The position numbers were made by a program, and so were the translations under genes. This document shows, piece by piece, positions 1 through 9,345 of a DNA stretch of 64,000 bases. Under the pieces are notes generated by a model. The model had not been told where the DNA came from. It did no database searches and saw only the letters and a list, made by a program, of their open reading frames with translations. The stretch is from an uncultured Holosporaceae bacterium (GTDB lineage Bacteria > Pseudomonadota > Alphaproteobacteria > UBA3830 > CASESI01), in the NCBI GenBank assembly GCA_949290705.1, contig CASESI010000022.1:122529-186528 (forward strand), written 5' to 3'. Positions within the stretch are counted from its first letter, which is position 1. Each line of letters begins with the position of its first letter.

Positions 1-1516
1 TAATAACAACTGAAGCAGGATCAATCACGTGGTATCCACTCTCCTCTGCTTCATCTTTTTTATTTTCATCAATCCACAAAACATCTAAATTGAAATAAGG
101 ATCTTTATCCTTGATACCCTCTATGCCGATATCTTCGCCGTTCGTTACAATCATCAATTTTCCGGTATAGACATTCCCCCGCGTAGCTTCACTTTCCTTA
201 ATTTTTATCACAAATTCATTCGAAGCATTCTGTAGATTATCCTTAATTCTGATCTGAGGAATGATAAATCCCATAGAATTTGCGACTTCTTTTCTTAATA
301 TTTTAATCTTGTTTGTTAAATTATGTTTCTCATCAGGTTGCATTAAAGAAAGTAATCCCATACCGAGCTCAATCTTAATATTTTCCATTTTAAGATTTTC
401 TGCCATCTCATCTTCTTCTGTTTTTTCTTTTTCTTCACTCTCGGCTTTTGCTTCACTTTCGGCTTTCGCATCATTTTTTACGATTGAAAATGCAACATAT
501 CCGATAATCCCAGCAAGAATCAAAAAAGGAATTCTTGGAATTCCTGGAAGAACGGAAAAGCATACCATCAAAAATGCTGTCATTCCCATCGACGAAGGAT
601 AAGCTCCAAGCTGTGTCAACATTATCTTATCTGTCGATCCAACCGCACTTGATTTTGAAACAAGCATACCTGCAGCAGTTGAAACAATAAGAGACGGAAT
701 TTGCGACACCAAACCATCTCCAACTGTAAGCAAAGTATAAGTTTCAGATGCATGCCTGAATGTAAGACCTTTCTGCACGACGCCGATTATTATCCCAGCG
801 ATAATATTAATGAAAGTAATGAGCAAACCTGCAATTGCATCACCCCTCACGAATTTCGCAGCACCGTCCATGGATCCGTAAAAATTTGTTTCAATTTCCA
901 ATTCTTTACGCCTATTTTTTGCTTGCTCCTCGTTAATAAGGCCGGCTGATAAATCCGCATCGATTGCCATCTGTTTTCCAGGCATGGAGTCCAAATTGAA
1001 CCTTGCAGAAACTTCCGCGATTCTGCCAGAACCCTTCGTGATCACAACGAAATTAACGATCACCAAAATCGCGAAAACAATGATTCCTATGACGAAATTA
1101 CCGCCCATGATGAACATCCCGAATGCCTTGATCATTTCACCTGCCGCAGACATTCCTTCATGCCCATGTGATAAAATTAATCTCGTTGAAGCCAAATTTA
1201 AAGACAACCTCAACAAAGTCGACACAAGCAAAATCGTAGGGAATACGCTGAAATCTATTGGTTTTTCAATAAAAATCACCGTCATAAAAATCAATACGGA
1301 AAATGTCAAAGAAAAGGCTAGGGAAACATCCAAAAGCCAGGTTGGCATTGGAAGAATCAAAATCAATATTATAAGAGATATTCCTGTTGCGAAAAGCAAA
1401 TCCGTTCTGAAAAAGAATTTTAAAAACGTTACAACCGCATTCTTATCAACTTTCGGTGGAGCTGAAGGAATTTTTCCCTTTAAAATATTTAAAAAATCTG
1501 ATATCCCTGTCGCCAT
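1..1516 (-). CDS. flhA: Flagellar type III export protein FlhA, N-terminal ~505 codons (gene continues beyond the window start)
   Basis: It is absent from the ORF track because it is open at the window edge. My reverse-strand translation from the ATG (complement of 1514-1516) reads MATGISDFLNILKG...FPTILLVSTLLRLSLNLASTRLILSHG...ARFNLDSMPGKQMAIDADLSAG...FYGSMDGAAKFVRGDAIAGLLI...VGDGLVSQIPSLIVSTAAG. This is the FHIPEP/FlhA membrane core and linker. The + strand ORFs 261-602, 701-949 and 984-1544 are its antisense shadows. Confidence 0.9.
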   Translation of the reverse strand, partial: MATGISDFLNILKGKIPSAPPKVDKNAVVTFLKFFFRTDLLFATGISLIILILILPMPTWLLDVSLAFSLTFSVLIFMTVIFIEKPIDFSVFPTILLVSTLLRLSLNLASTRLILSHGHEGMSAAGEMIKAFGMFIMGGNFVIGIIVFAILVIVNFVVITKGSGRIAEVSARFNLDSMPGKQMAIDADLSAGLINEEQAKNRRKELEIETNFYGSMDGAAKFVRGDAIAGLLITFINIIAGIIIGVVQKGLTFRHASETYTLLTVGDGLVSQIPSLIVSTAAGMLVSKSSAVGSTDKIMLTQLGAYPSSMGMTAFLMVCFSVLPGIPRIPFLILAGIIGYVAFSIVKNDAKAESEAKAESEEKEKTEEDEMAENLKMENIKIELGMGLLSLMQPDEKHNLTNKIKILRKEVANSMGFIIPQIRIKDNLQNASNEFVIKIKESEATRGNVYTGKLMIVTNGEDIGIEGIKDKDPYFNLDVLWIDENKKDEAEESGYHVIDPASVVI

Positions 1517-1536
1517 TTTACATATACCAATTTATT

Positions 1537-2850
1537 TCAACTAGCTTTATCCATTTCCATCTCGTATTGTTGTAACTTATTCCGCAAAGTTCTGATTGAA
1601 ATCCCAAGAATATTCGCCGTGTGAGTTTTATTTCCAAGGCAGCTCTTCAAAGTTTTTTGAATCACCGATTTTTCTATATCTGCCAAGGATTTTCCCGTAT
1701 AATTCTCTGTCTCCTCGTTTGAAGATTGAATAGACTTTTCACGATAATTTTTTCTATCAATAAACTCGCTGAAATCCTTTATTTCATCTTCAACCGACAA
1801 AATCACAGCTCTTTGGATGGCATTCTCAAGCTCCCTGACATTCCCAGGCCAGTTGTATTTAATCATTGTTTCAATGGCCAAAGGTGATAAAGTCTTAACA
1901 GTATTATCCCCATTAACATCCGCATAAAATTTTAAAAAATGCTCCGCCAACGGCTTTATATCTGCCTTTCGCATTCGCAATGATGGAATTTCTAGCCTTA
2001 TCACATTCAACCTATAATACAGATCCTCTCTGAATTTCCCTTCTTGCACATACGCGAATAAATTTCTATTACTGGTTGCAATAATTCTTATATTCACTTT
2101 AATTGATTCATTTCCGCCGACTCTCGTGATTTCTTTTTCCTGAATCGCACGCAGCAATTTCGCTTGCAAAGTCAAACTCATTTCGCTAATTTCGTCAAGA
2201 AACAAAGTGCCGTTGTTGGCTTCCTCAAATTTTCCGATCCTTCTTGCAATCGCCCCTGTAAATGCACCTTTTTCATGGCCAAACAGTTCCGATTCAAGAA
2301 GATTTTCCGGAATAGCCGCACAATTCACAGCTACAAAATCATTATCTGCACGCTTGCTGTTTTTGTGGATAAAGTTTGTAACAACCTCTTTCCCAGTGCC
2401 AGATTCCCCGGTTATCAACACGTTTGCGTCACTTTTCGCAATCCTTTTTGCTGTTTCAAAAAGCTTAATCATCGTCTCATCTTCGGCGATAATTTTACTT
2501 TCCGAGTTTTGGATCGAATTAAAAATTTCAGCTATCATATCAGCATCCGGAGGGAGTGAAATGTATTCTTTTGCACCTGATTTTATACTTTTTATCGCTA
2601 AATCAGCATCATTACCTATGCCACATGCAACAACAGGAATCGAAATTTTTTCAATTTGCATACTACTAATTAAATTAGCAATATTCATTTTTACATCCAT
2701 AAAGATCAAAGAAATATTTTTTCCTTGCCTTAATATCTGCATAGCATGAGATTCGGAATCTGCAAACATCACTTTCACATTTTTCGCAATCGCAATTTTT
2801 GACGCCTCTGCCATGTATCCGTTTATACTGCCAACAATCAGCAACTTCAT
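1537..2850 (-). CDS. flbD: Sigma-54-dependent transcriptional activator, FlbD-type (divergent receiver + AAA+ + Fis-type HTH)
   Basis: 437 aa. Motifs are Walker A GESGTGKE, the sigma-54 contact loop EKGAFTGA, GNVRELEN and a C-terminal HTH ANILGISIRTLRNKL. It occupies the flbD position after fliN in a fliF-fliG-fliH-fliN string. The N-terminus MKLLIVGSINGY lacks the usual DD acidic pair of receiver domains. Confidence 0.85.
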   Translation of the reverse strand: MKLLIVGSINGYMAEASKIAIAKNVKVMFADSESHAMQILRQGKNISLIFMDVKMNIANLISSMQIEKISIPVVACGIGNDADLAIKSIKSGAKEYISLPPDADMIAEIFNSIQNSESKIIAEDETMIKLFETAKRIAKSDANVLITGESGTGKEVVTNFIHKNSKRADNDFVAVNCAAIPENLLESELFGHEKGAFTGAIARRIGKFEEANNGTLFLDEISEMSLTLQAKLLRAIQEKEITRVGGNESIKVNIRIIATSNRNLFAYVQEGKFREDLYYRLNVIRLEIPSLRMRKADIKPLAEHFLKFYADVNGDNTVKTLSPLAIETMIKYNWPGNVRELENAIQRAVILSVEDEIKDFSEFIDRKNYREKSIQSSNEETENYTGKSLADIEKSVIQKTLKSCLGNKTHTANILGISIRTLRNKLQQYEMEMDKAS

Positions 2851-2859
2851 TTTCTCACC

Positions 2860-3246
2860 TCAAGCATTCATCTTTATGATTTCTGTCATTGTTATTCCGA
2901 TATTTCCATCAACAACAACAATTTCACCCATAGCAACAATCCTATTGTTAACGTAAATATCCACAGGGTCTCCAACTTTTTTATCAAGTTCGATAATTGC
3001 TCCTCGACCAAGTTTCAACAACTGACTCACCTTGATTTTGGCACATCCAACAACCGCGGAAATATTTACAGGAACATCATAAATAATATTAAGATCATTA
3101 CGTTCTGAATGTTCTCGTTTTTCATTCCCATTTTTATCGGTTGATTCTGCTTTTTCGCCTGTATCCTCAGAAGCGTTCTTCTCCTCTTGATTCTCGGGTG
3201 AAGCATTATTATTCTCGTTTAATTTTTTATCGTTATCATCAGCCAT
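2860..3246 (-). CDS. fliN: Flagellar motor switch protein FliN
   Basis: 128 aa. It has an acidic, low-complexity N-terminus followed by a SpoA/FliN domain (VPVNISAVVGCAKIKVSQLLKLGRGAIIELDKKVGDPVDIYVNNRIVAMGEIVVVD). It overlaps the upstream ORF by 8 nt. Confidence 0.85.
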   Translation of the reverse strand: MADDNDKKLNENNNASPENQEEKNASEDTGEKAESTDKNGNEKREHSERNDLNIIYDVPVNISAVVGCAKIKVSQLLKLGRGAIIELDKKVGDPVDIYVNNRIVAMGEIVVVDGNIGITMTEIIKMNA

Positions 3247-3895
3247 TTTTTACCTCCTCATTATAATTACCAAAAAACTCATCAAATTTCGCCTTAAGAT
3301 CGGCGATTGTCCTTTCGAAAGAGCCATTCTCTGTGGAAATTTTTACATCGTAAGTTGTGAAATCAGGATTTACTTTCACCGTGATCATTTCCGAAAAATC
3401 ATTCAAATTCTCGAGAATAAATTTGTTCATCAGGCCTTCAGTTTCCTTATTGACCTCTATCACAATCTTTCCCTGAATTTTCGAGATCTCAAACAACTCT
3501 CTAACCTTATTGCAAATTTCTTCTGAGAAATCAATCTTGGCAATAATGTTAAAGTATTTATCAACTATACCCTGCAAAATTGCCATGAAATCATTTTCAA
3601 TATTTGCAATCGAGGTGGCATTTTCATTTTTTACAGAGAGAAATTCTTCAGAAATCTTTTGCTGAATTTTCGCAACAATTTCTGCATTAAGTTTTTTATT
3701 CTCTTCATTTGCAGATTGTTCACCGAGTGCAAATCCTTCTTTTTTGCCTTCCTCAATGCCTTCTTTTTTACCTGATTCAAAAACTTGATTCTTCATTTTT
3801 TCAAGTTCCGATGGAAGCAGAACAATTTGTGATTCATGCTCGGCATCAAAACGTTTTAAATCAAAAGCCTTCATCATCATATTCCCACCTTTCAT
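3239..3895 (-). CDS. fliH: FliH/FlbE-like flagellar assembly protein
   Basis: 218 aa with a Glu/Lys-rich helical N-half. It sits between fliG and fliN, as flbE/fliH does in alphaproteobacterial fliF operons. Its ATG overlaps the fliG stop (TAATG, complement of 3893-3897). The call rests mainly on context. Confidence 0.5.
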   Translation of the reverse strand: MKGGNMMMKAFDLKRFDAEHESQIVLLPSELEKMKNQVFESGKKEGIEEGKKEGFALGEQSANEENKKLNAEIVAKIQQKISEEFLSVKNENATSIANIENDFMAILQGIVDKYFNIIAKIDFSEEICNKVRELFEISKIQGKIVIEVNKETEGLMNKFILENLNDFSEMITVKVNPDFTTYDVKISTENGSFERTIADLKAKFDEFFGNYNEEVKNG

Positions 3896-4905
3896 TACTC
3901 GATGAATGTATCTCCGCCTGCGCCTGCCATAAAGATCTCACCAGAATCTATCAATTGCTTTGCAATCTCAAGGATACCGTTCTGAGCTTCTTCAACATCT
4001 TTGACTCTGACAGGACCCATGTTATCCATTTCTTCTTTCATAAGCTTTAATGCACGTTGAGACATGCAATCAAAGAATTTCTGTTTCAATGAATCACTTG
4101 CTCCTTTCAAAGCCATAGGCAGAGCGTCTCTATCGATACGTTTGCTGAGAATTTCAATACCCTGGCGTGTGATTTTTTCGATATCATCAAACCTGAACAT
4201 CAGCTTTTTAACTTTTGCTGTTGCTTCACTATCGATATTCTCAAGAGCTGTGAACATTTTCTCTTCATATTCCTTTTCGAAATAATTAAAGATTTTCGCC
4301 ATAACAGAGTAATTGTTGTTTGCAGACATATCCGCATAATTCGTCATGAACTCTGAACGCAAGGTTTGTTCGACATCTTCCAAAATTTCCTTCGGGAAAG
4401 AGTCAATCGACAACATACGCGTGATAACATCTTTCACGAGATCCTCTGGTAACAATTTAAGTACCTTCGCAGCATTTTCAGGCTTGATTTTACTCAATAT
4501 AACGCTGATGGCTTGCGAGTTTTCATTTTTCAGATAGTTCGCAAGAACCTCTTCGTTAATATGCGAAATTTTATCCCAAATATTTTTACCAACAGGACCA
4601 TGTATATCCCGCATAAGGACTTCCAGCTTTTCCCCGGATAACACTTTGGACAAGAACTTTTCCGTCTTATCAACCGAACCGACAACTGCACCTGCAGAGG
4701 CAATTCTGTTCGAGAAATCCACAAAAACTTCTTGCACAATATCCGAGCTGACAGGGCCCATTGATGCCATTGCCTGGGAAATCACTTGGATTTCATCTTC
4801 ACGCAACATGGACAAAATTTTCATCGCCCTGTCGTCATCCAAAGACAATATAAAAATCGCAGCTTTCTCGATTCCTGTAAGATTTCGAAACTCCTTCTTT
4901 TTCAT
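3895..4905 (-). CDS. fliG: Flagellar motor switch protein FliG
   Basis: 336 aa with the length and layout of FliG. It has an N-terminal LTGIEKAAIFILSL segment and a C-terminal ALKGASDSLKQKFFDCMSQRALKLMKEEM region. It lies immediately downstream of fliF. Confidence 0.9.
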   Translation of the reverse strand: MKKKEFRNLTGIEKAAIFILSLDDDRAMKILSMLREDEIQVISQAMASMGPVSSDIVQEVFVDFSNRIASAGAVVGSVDKTEKFLSKVLSGEKLEVLMRDIHGPVGKNIWDKISHINEEVLANYLKNENSQAISVILSKIKPENAAKVLKLLPEDLVKDVITRMLSIDSFPKEILEDVEQTLRSEFMTNYADMSANNNYSVMAKIFNYFEKEYEEKMFTALENIDSEATAKVKKLMFRFDDIEKITRQGIEILSKRIDRDALPMALKGASDSLKQKFFDCMSQRALKLMKEEMDNMGPVRVKDVEEAQNGILEIAKQLIDSGEIFMAGAGGDTFIE

Positions 4906-4921
4906 AAAAGTTCACCCCAAA

Positions 4922-6583
4922 TTATTCGCCGTCCTCGTACATCCATTCCCGGAGCACAACAATGCTTCTGTTCAAATGTTTATCAACAATTTCATTTATT
5001 CCACTCAAAGAGGATCTCTCTATGATATTTTCAATTTTTTCTACATCGATTCTAGATTGTTCATCCTCTTCTTGCTGTTTCAACAGCTTTTCTTTCTCAA
5101 CAGCAGGGTCGACAACTTTTATTTTTCCGTCCTCTCCTATCATTGAAAAATCAGAGTTAAAATTCATCAACGATTCAATATCCACATCTTTGTAACCAAC
5201 GACTTTCACAGCTTTCTCGAGCAAAGGCCGGACGATCACAGCGATCACGAACATCAAAATTATGCCGATAACCAATTTATCCAAAAGTGATAACACAGCA
5301 TCTTTTTTAAAGCCGTACACAAATTTATCAGGAGTTAATGTTTCTTCTTCAAATTCATTCTTCGAAAATTGCATATTTACAACTTCAACTTTATCGTTTC
5401 TTTCTTTCCTGAACCCAATTGCGGACTTTACTATTGTTTCAATTTTCGATATCTCTTCTTCGCTTCTTGGGGTATACACCTGTTTGTTTTCACTGTTAGG
5501 TGTATACGTTCCATCAACAAGTACGGCTACTGAGATTTGTCTTATATCTCCTGGGTTTTTGATGATGGACTTTATAACCTTTGAAATTTCATAGTTTTTT
5601 ATTCTTTCACTTTTTGAAGAATTATTTTTTGACTGCTCACTTGTTTTGTCAGTTCCCTCCTCTTGGATTTCTCTTTCAATTGTCATCTGACTTTCCTTTT
5701 CGGTTTCATCAGCTTTCTCGTCAGAGATATGTTCAGAGCGGGTTACACGACTTTCCGGGTCAAAGACTTCTGAATTTTCCGATAATTGGTTGAAATCCAT
5801 ATCAACATTTACACTGACGTGCACTTTTCCATATCCCAAGGATTTTTCAAGCAGATTCTCCAATTGAGATTGCACGCGAGTTTCATATTTAAATTTGATT
5901 TCATTAAAACTCTTAAGCCCTGCCACTGCATCATCTTTTTCATCAGGTGATGACAACAGAAACCCTTTCGTGTCAATCACTTTTACAGATTCAGGTTTCA
6001 TATTTTGAACAGCAGACGCAACCAAATTTTGGATAGCCATTATTTGATTTGCATCAATTTTTTGATGTCGCTTAGGTTCGATGACAACCGCTCCTGTTGA
6101 TTTCACGGTTTCATCACCGAAAACATTTTTCTTTGGGATGTTAATGTGGACCCTGGCATTTTTTATGTTATCAAACGTTAATATACTGCGAGTTAACTCG
6201 CCCTCTAATGCTCGCAGATTATTAATCGCCTGCATAAAATTCGTTGCTGAAAAACTATCAATCGAATCAAAAAGTTCATAGCCAACAATATTGGATCTTA
6301 CCCCAATTCCTGCCAGCGTAATCAAAACTTTACTTTTATCATTTTTCGACACATAGAGAGTACCTCTGTCACTTATTTCGTACCCTATATGCATCGCTTC
6401 AAGTTTTTCAATAACTTTACCAATTTCTACATTTTCAAGTCCCTCTGACACAGCAACCATATTTGTGCTGCTTGTTTTCGAAATGATAAATCCAAAAAAT
6501 AGCAACAAAGCAAGTGTGACCGCACCTAAGCTGATCAATTTTGCCCTTCCTAAATTCTGTATAGTTTTTAATAAATCTTTCAC
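4922..6583 (-). CDS. fliF: Flagellar M-ring protein FliF
   Basis: 553 aa. It has an N-terminal TM (LISLGAVTLALLLFFGFII), a YscJ/FliF ring-building region (ISVAVLVDGTY), a second TM (LVIGIILMFVIAVIV) and an acidic C-terminal tail. It is the first gene of the flagellar string. Confidence 0.9.
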   Translation of the reverse strand: MKDLLKTIQNLGRAKLISLGAVTLALLLFFGFIISKTSSTNMVAVSEGLENVEIGKVIEKLEAMHIGYEISDRGTLYVSKNDKSKVLITLAGIGVRSNIVGYELFDSIDSFSATNFMQAINNLRALEGELTRSILTFDNIKNARVHINIPKKNVFGDETVKSTGAVVIEPKRHQKIDANQIMAIQNLVASAVQNMKPESVKVIDTKGFLLSSPDEKDDAVAGLKSFNEIKFKYETRVQSQLENLLEKSLGYGKVHVSVNVDMDFNQLSENSEVFDPESRVTRSEHISDEKADETEKESQMTIEREIQEEGTDKTSEQSKNNSSKSERIKNYEISKVIKSIIKNPGDIRQISVAVLVDGTYTPNSENKQVYTPRSEEEISKIETIVKSAIGFRKERNDKVEVVNMQFSKNEFEEETLTPDKFVYGFKKDAVLSLLDKLVIGIILMFVIAVIVRPLLEKAVKVVGYKDVDIESLMNFNSDFSMIGEDGKIKVVDPAVEKEKLLKQQEEDEQSRIDVEKIENIIERSSLSGINEIVDKHLNRSIVVLREWMYEDGE

Positions 6584-6790
6584 GAAGGTTAATATAAAAC
6601 TATAAAATTAAACAAATGGTTAATAGAAAGAAAAAAATTCTTAGCAAACAGAAAAAAATTCCGAGTTCTTAAAACTGCTTCAGTATTCGCGTTTTCAAAT
6701 TAATTTTTGCTATATTCTATACCATGTGTGGTAATTCAAGTATTTTAAATATTCGGAAATATTGTTATGTATTCGTATTTTAATTATATG

Positions 6791-6823
6791 TATTCTATGT
6801 ATCTTAATCTATTCTATGTATCT
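6791..6823. repeat. 14-bp direct repeat TATTCTATGTATCT x2 (6791-6804, 6810-6823) within a cluster of five ATGTAT motifs
   Basis: Read directly from the sequence in the 290-bp spacer between fliF (start 6583) and tRNA-Val. The ATGTAT copies are at 6767, 6788, 6797, 6816 and 6833. Confidence 0.6.
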
Positions 6824-6873
6824 ATATCTATGATGTATAAAGTAACCTCTTGATTATATCCCAAGTACATCCT

Positions 6874-6950
6874 TGGTGGGAATAGTAGGACTCGAACCTA
6901 CTACCTCTACGATGTGAACGTAGCGCTCTAACCAAATGAGCTATATTCCC
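6874..6950 (-). tRNA. tRNA-Val (anticodon CAC)
   Basis: The reverse complement folds as a cloverleaf: GGGAATA TA GCTC ATTTGGTTA GAGC G CTACG TTCACAT CGTAG AGGTA GTAGG TTCGAGT CCTAC TATTCCC A CCA. The anticodon loop is TT-CAC-AT and the CCA end is encoded. Confidence 0.8.
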
Positions 6951-7040
6951 AATGCTATATAATTTTATATAGTTAATGGCCACAAAAAATATCCAACTCT
7001 TTTTTCATTTCCTTTCGTGAGATTGGATTCATAATCAAGA

Positions 7041-7116
7041 TGGTGGGTGATGACGGGCTCGAACCGCCGACCTCCTCGGTGTAAACGAGATGCTCTACCA
7101 ACTGAGCTAACCACCC
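7041..7116 (-). tRNA. tRNA-Val (anticodon UAC)
   Basis: The reverse complement reads GGGTGGT TA GCTC AGTTGGTA GAGC A TCTCG TTTACAC CGAGG AGGTC GGCGG TTCGAGC CCGTC ATCACCC A CCA. It closely resembles the classical bacterial tRNA-Val(UAC). Confidence 0.9.
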
Positions 7117-7205
7117 AAAAATACTTGAATAACGGATTGTAGCACAAAAAATTTTAAAAGTCAAGTAAAAAATTAATAAATATTAAGATTTTTTTAAAGT
7201 TGCAT

Positions 7206-7706
7206 TTATGCAACAGAGCTTAAAAATTCCTCGATATCTTTCGTTGCTTTTTCGATCTCAACATTTTCAACAGCAGAGTATTCCTTCAAGAATCTTGAGA
7301 ATGCCTCCTGGTAAATCTGTCTCTCACTGTAGGATTGATTTATATCCCCCTCAACACGGTAAAGTGAACGCATCACCTCGGCAATTGCGACCAAGTCACC
7401 AGAATTAATCTTTGCCTCGTATTCCTGTGCCCGTCTGCTCCACATTGTTTTTTTCCTTTTCATAGGAGTCTTCAACGCCTCGATCGCCTTTTTAACAGTC
7501 TGTTGAGAGCAAAGTTTACGGAGACCAACATCCTTAATTTTCGACATCGGCAATTTCAACAGCAACCTATCCTTATCAAAACGAATCATCAATAATTCAA
7601 GTTCAATACCAGCGATATTTTGTTTTTCAATCCCTTCGATCATACCAACGCCATGCGCAGGATAGACAATCAACTGTCCCTTTTCAAGATTTAGCCTAGA
7701 TGCCAT
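7206..7706 (-). CDS. carD: CarD/CdnL family RNA-polymerase-binding transcription factor
   Basis: 166 aa. The N-terminal Tudor-like segment reads GQLIVYPAHGVGMIEGIEKQNIAGIELELLMIRFDKDRLLLKLPMSKI, and a helical C-domain follows. Confidence 0.85.
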   Translation of the reverse strand: MASRLNLEKGQLIVYPAHGVGMIEGIEKQNIAGIELELLMIRFDKDRLLLKLPMSKIKDVGLRKLCSQQTVKKAIEALKTPMKRKKTMWSRRAQEYEAKINSGDLVAIAEVMRSLYRVEGDINQSYSERQIYQEAFSRFLKEYSAVENVEIEKATKDIEEFLSSVA

Positions 7707-7797
7707 AAAAGCTCCAAATTTAGCTTGATTATATCACGAAAAAGTACGTTTTTCAAGTCATAAAAAACTTTGAAAATTATTGAGATATTAACTTTTA

Positions 7798-9345
7798 ATG
7801 GGTATACTTAAGAGGAAGTGTTGTTACATAGTAGTTTATAGAATGTTGAATTTTTTGTCTCGCTCGATGTTTAAAATTGCCATTATTACTCTCTCTATTT
7901 TATGGAATTTGGATGCGAAAAACAAAAAAGCAGAGAATATTGCAAAACCAAAAACCGGCATTATAATCCCAGAGGAAATTAAAAAACAAGTTCCGAAAGA
8001 GCAGCAGTCCCTTGTCTTTTTCAACATGATATGGCAATTATTGAAAAATAATTATGTAGAGAAAATTTCGGACAATGATATCCTTGAAAAATCTATCAAA
8101 GGTGTCCTTGAAGAATGTGACCCACACACTGCATTCCTTGATGAAAAAACATTAAAGATATTGAAAGAGAGCACCGATGGATCATTCGGCGGACTTGGGA
8201 TTGAAATCGTTCCAATCGAAGGGTTCATAAAGATTTTGCATCCAATCGAGGGATCTCCTGCCCTTAAAGCAAACCTTAAACCTGGGGACATTATCACACA
8301 CGTCAATGGAGAGTTTATTTACAAAGAGTTACCTGAGCTTGTGATTAATAAGTTGAAAGGAAAACCTGGAACATTTGTAACCCTTACTATCAAAAGAAGA
8401 ATGAAAGCACCTTTCAATGTGACAATCAAACGCGATACAATAAAAATTCCTTTCTTGAAAAGCGAAATGTACGACGACATCGGATATTTAAGGATCGGAT
8501 CGTTTTACACAAACCTTGCGAATGAAACCAGGAAAGCTGTTGAAAATTTCAAAAAGAATAAAAACCTGAAAGGGGTTGTGATCGACATAAGGTACAATTC
8601 TGGCGGATTATTAACCGAAGCTGTCGGATTATCGAATTTGTTCCTGCCAGCAAAACGAGAAATCGTCTCGATCTTAGGAAGGGTTGGAAATGTAAATCAC
8701 AAAAAATGCATCTTCACAGACCGCAAAGATATCCTTGGTGGATTGCCAATCGTTGTCTTGATCAACAGTGGAAGTGCATCTGCCTCTGAAATTTTTGCCG
8801 CAGCATTGAAAGAGAATGGAAGGGCGGTGATCGTCGGAGAAACCTCTTTCGGAAAGGGCTCTGTCCAGAATGTCATTCCTCTTCCAGGTGGAGAAACGGC
8901 AATAAAACTTACCGTTGCGAAATTTTATGTAAACAACAAATGCATACAATATAACGGTGTTGAGCCTGATGTTTTGGTGAAACCTATGATCCTTAAGGAA
9001 ATTCCAGATTATTTCGAGATGAGAGAAAAGGATTTATCAAAGGAATACCAAACTGCACATAAAAATGATAAAGCAAAACAAAATGTGAATGCAAATGCGA
9101 AACCAGAGCAAACATCCGCAATCGTGGATAAACTTGATACGAAAGGACGTGATAAAGACGAGGATGATCCGATACTTTTGATCTATAAACCTTACACAAT
9201 GCAGGAGAGAATGCAGAAGGATCTGCAACTTATCACTGCGTTCAATACATTGAAGGCTCTCTCCCGTGTTGAGGATTTGAGAAAAATAAGCTCTCATATC
9301 CCAGCAAAGCAATCATCAAAAAGTACAGTAAAAAGAGGTAAATAA
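7798..9345 (+). CDS. ctpA: Carboxy-terminal processing protease (S41 family)
   Basis: 515 aa. It has a PDZ region (GGLGIEIV...LKPGDIITHVNG) and an S41 catalytic region (VVLINSGSASASEIFAAALKENGRAVIVGETSFGKGSVQ). The start is uncertain: the ORF opens at 7798, and a signal-peptide-like MLNFLSRSMFKIAIITLSILW begins at 7843. Confidence 0.85.
   Translation: MGILKRKCCYIVVYRMLNFLSRSMFKIAIITLSILWNLDAKNKKAENIAKPKTGIIIPEEIKKQVPKEQQSLVFFNMIWQLLKNNYVEKISDNDILEKSIKGVLEECDPHTAFLDEKTLKILKESTDGSFGGLGIEIVPIEGFIKILHPIEGSPALKANLKPGDIITHVNGEFIYKELPELVINKLKGKPGTFVTLTIKRRMKAPFNVTIKRDTIKIPFLKSEMYDDIGYLRIGSFYTNLANETRKAVENFKKNKNLKGVVIDIRYNSGGLLTEAVGLSNLFLPAKREIVSILGRVGNVNHKKCIFTDRKDILGGLPIVVLINSGSASASEIFAAALKENGRAVIVGETSFGKGSVQNVIPLPGGETAIKLTVAKFYVNNKCIQYNGVEPDVLVKPMILKEIPDYFEMREKDLSKEYQTAHKNDKAKQNVNANAKPEQTSAIVDKLDTKGRDKDEDDPILLIYKPYTMQERMQKDLQLITAFNTLKALSRVEDLRKISSHIPAKQSSKSTVKRGK

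Noticed and set aside
261-1544. Three + strand ORFs (113, 82, 186 aa)
   Set aside because: They lie antisense to a continuous, clearly FlhA-encoding minus-strand frame. Their products are low-complexity (Ser/Phe/Ile-rich).
2164-2749. + strand ORFs of 131 and 180 aa
   Set aside because: They are antisense shadows inside the flbD (sigma-54 activator) gene, whose motifs are unambiguous on the minus strand.
6608-6623. TTAA-N8-TTAA upstream of fliF as a CtrA box
   Set aside because: The spacing is 8 nt rather than 7 nt and the trailing C is absent. This is very likely chance in AT-rich DNA.
6965-7164. Minus-strand ORFs of 60 and 63 aa
   Set aside because: They run straight through the tRNA-Val(UAC) gene. 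The peptide strings (e.g. SSVGRASRLHRGGRRFEP) are translations of tRNA stems.
7199-7214. Hairpin GTTGCA-TTTA-TGCAAC at the carD stop as a rho-independent terminator
   Set aside because: On the transcribed (minus) strand it is followed by only TTT and then an A-run, so there is no U-tract. It also includes the stop codon. The evidence is too weak.
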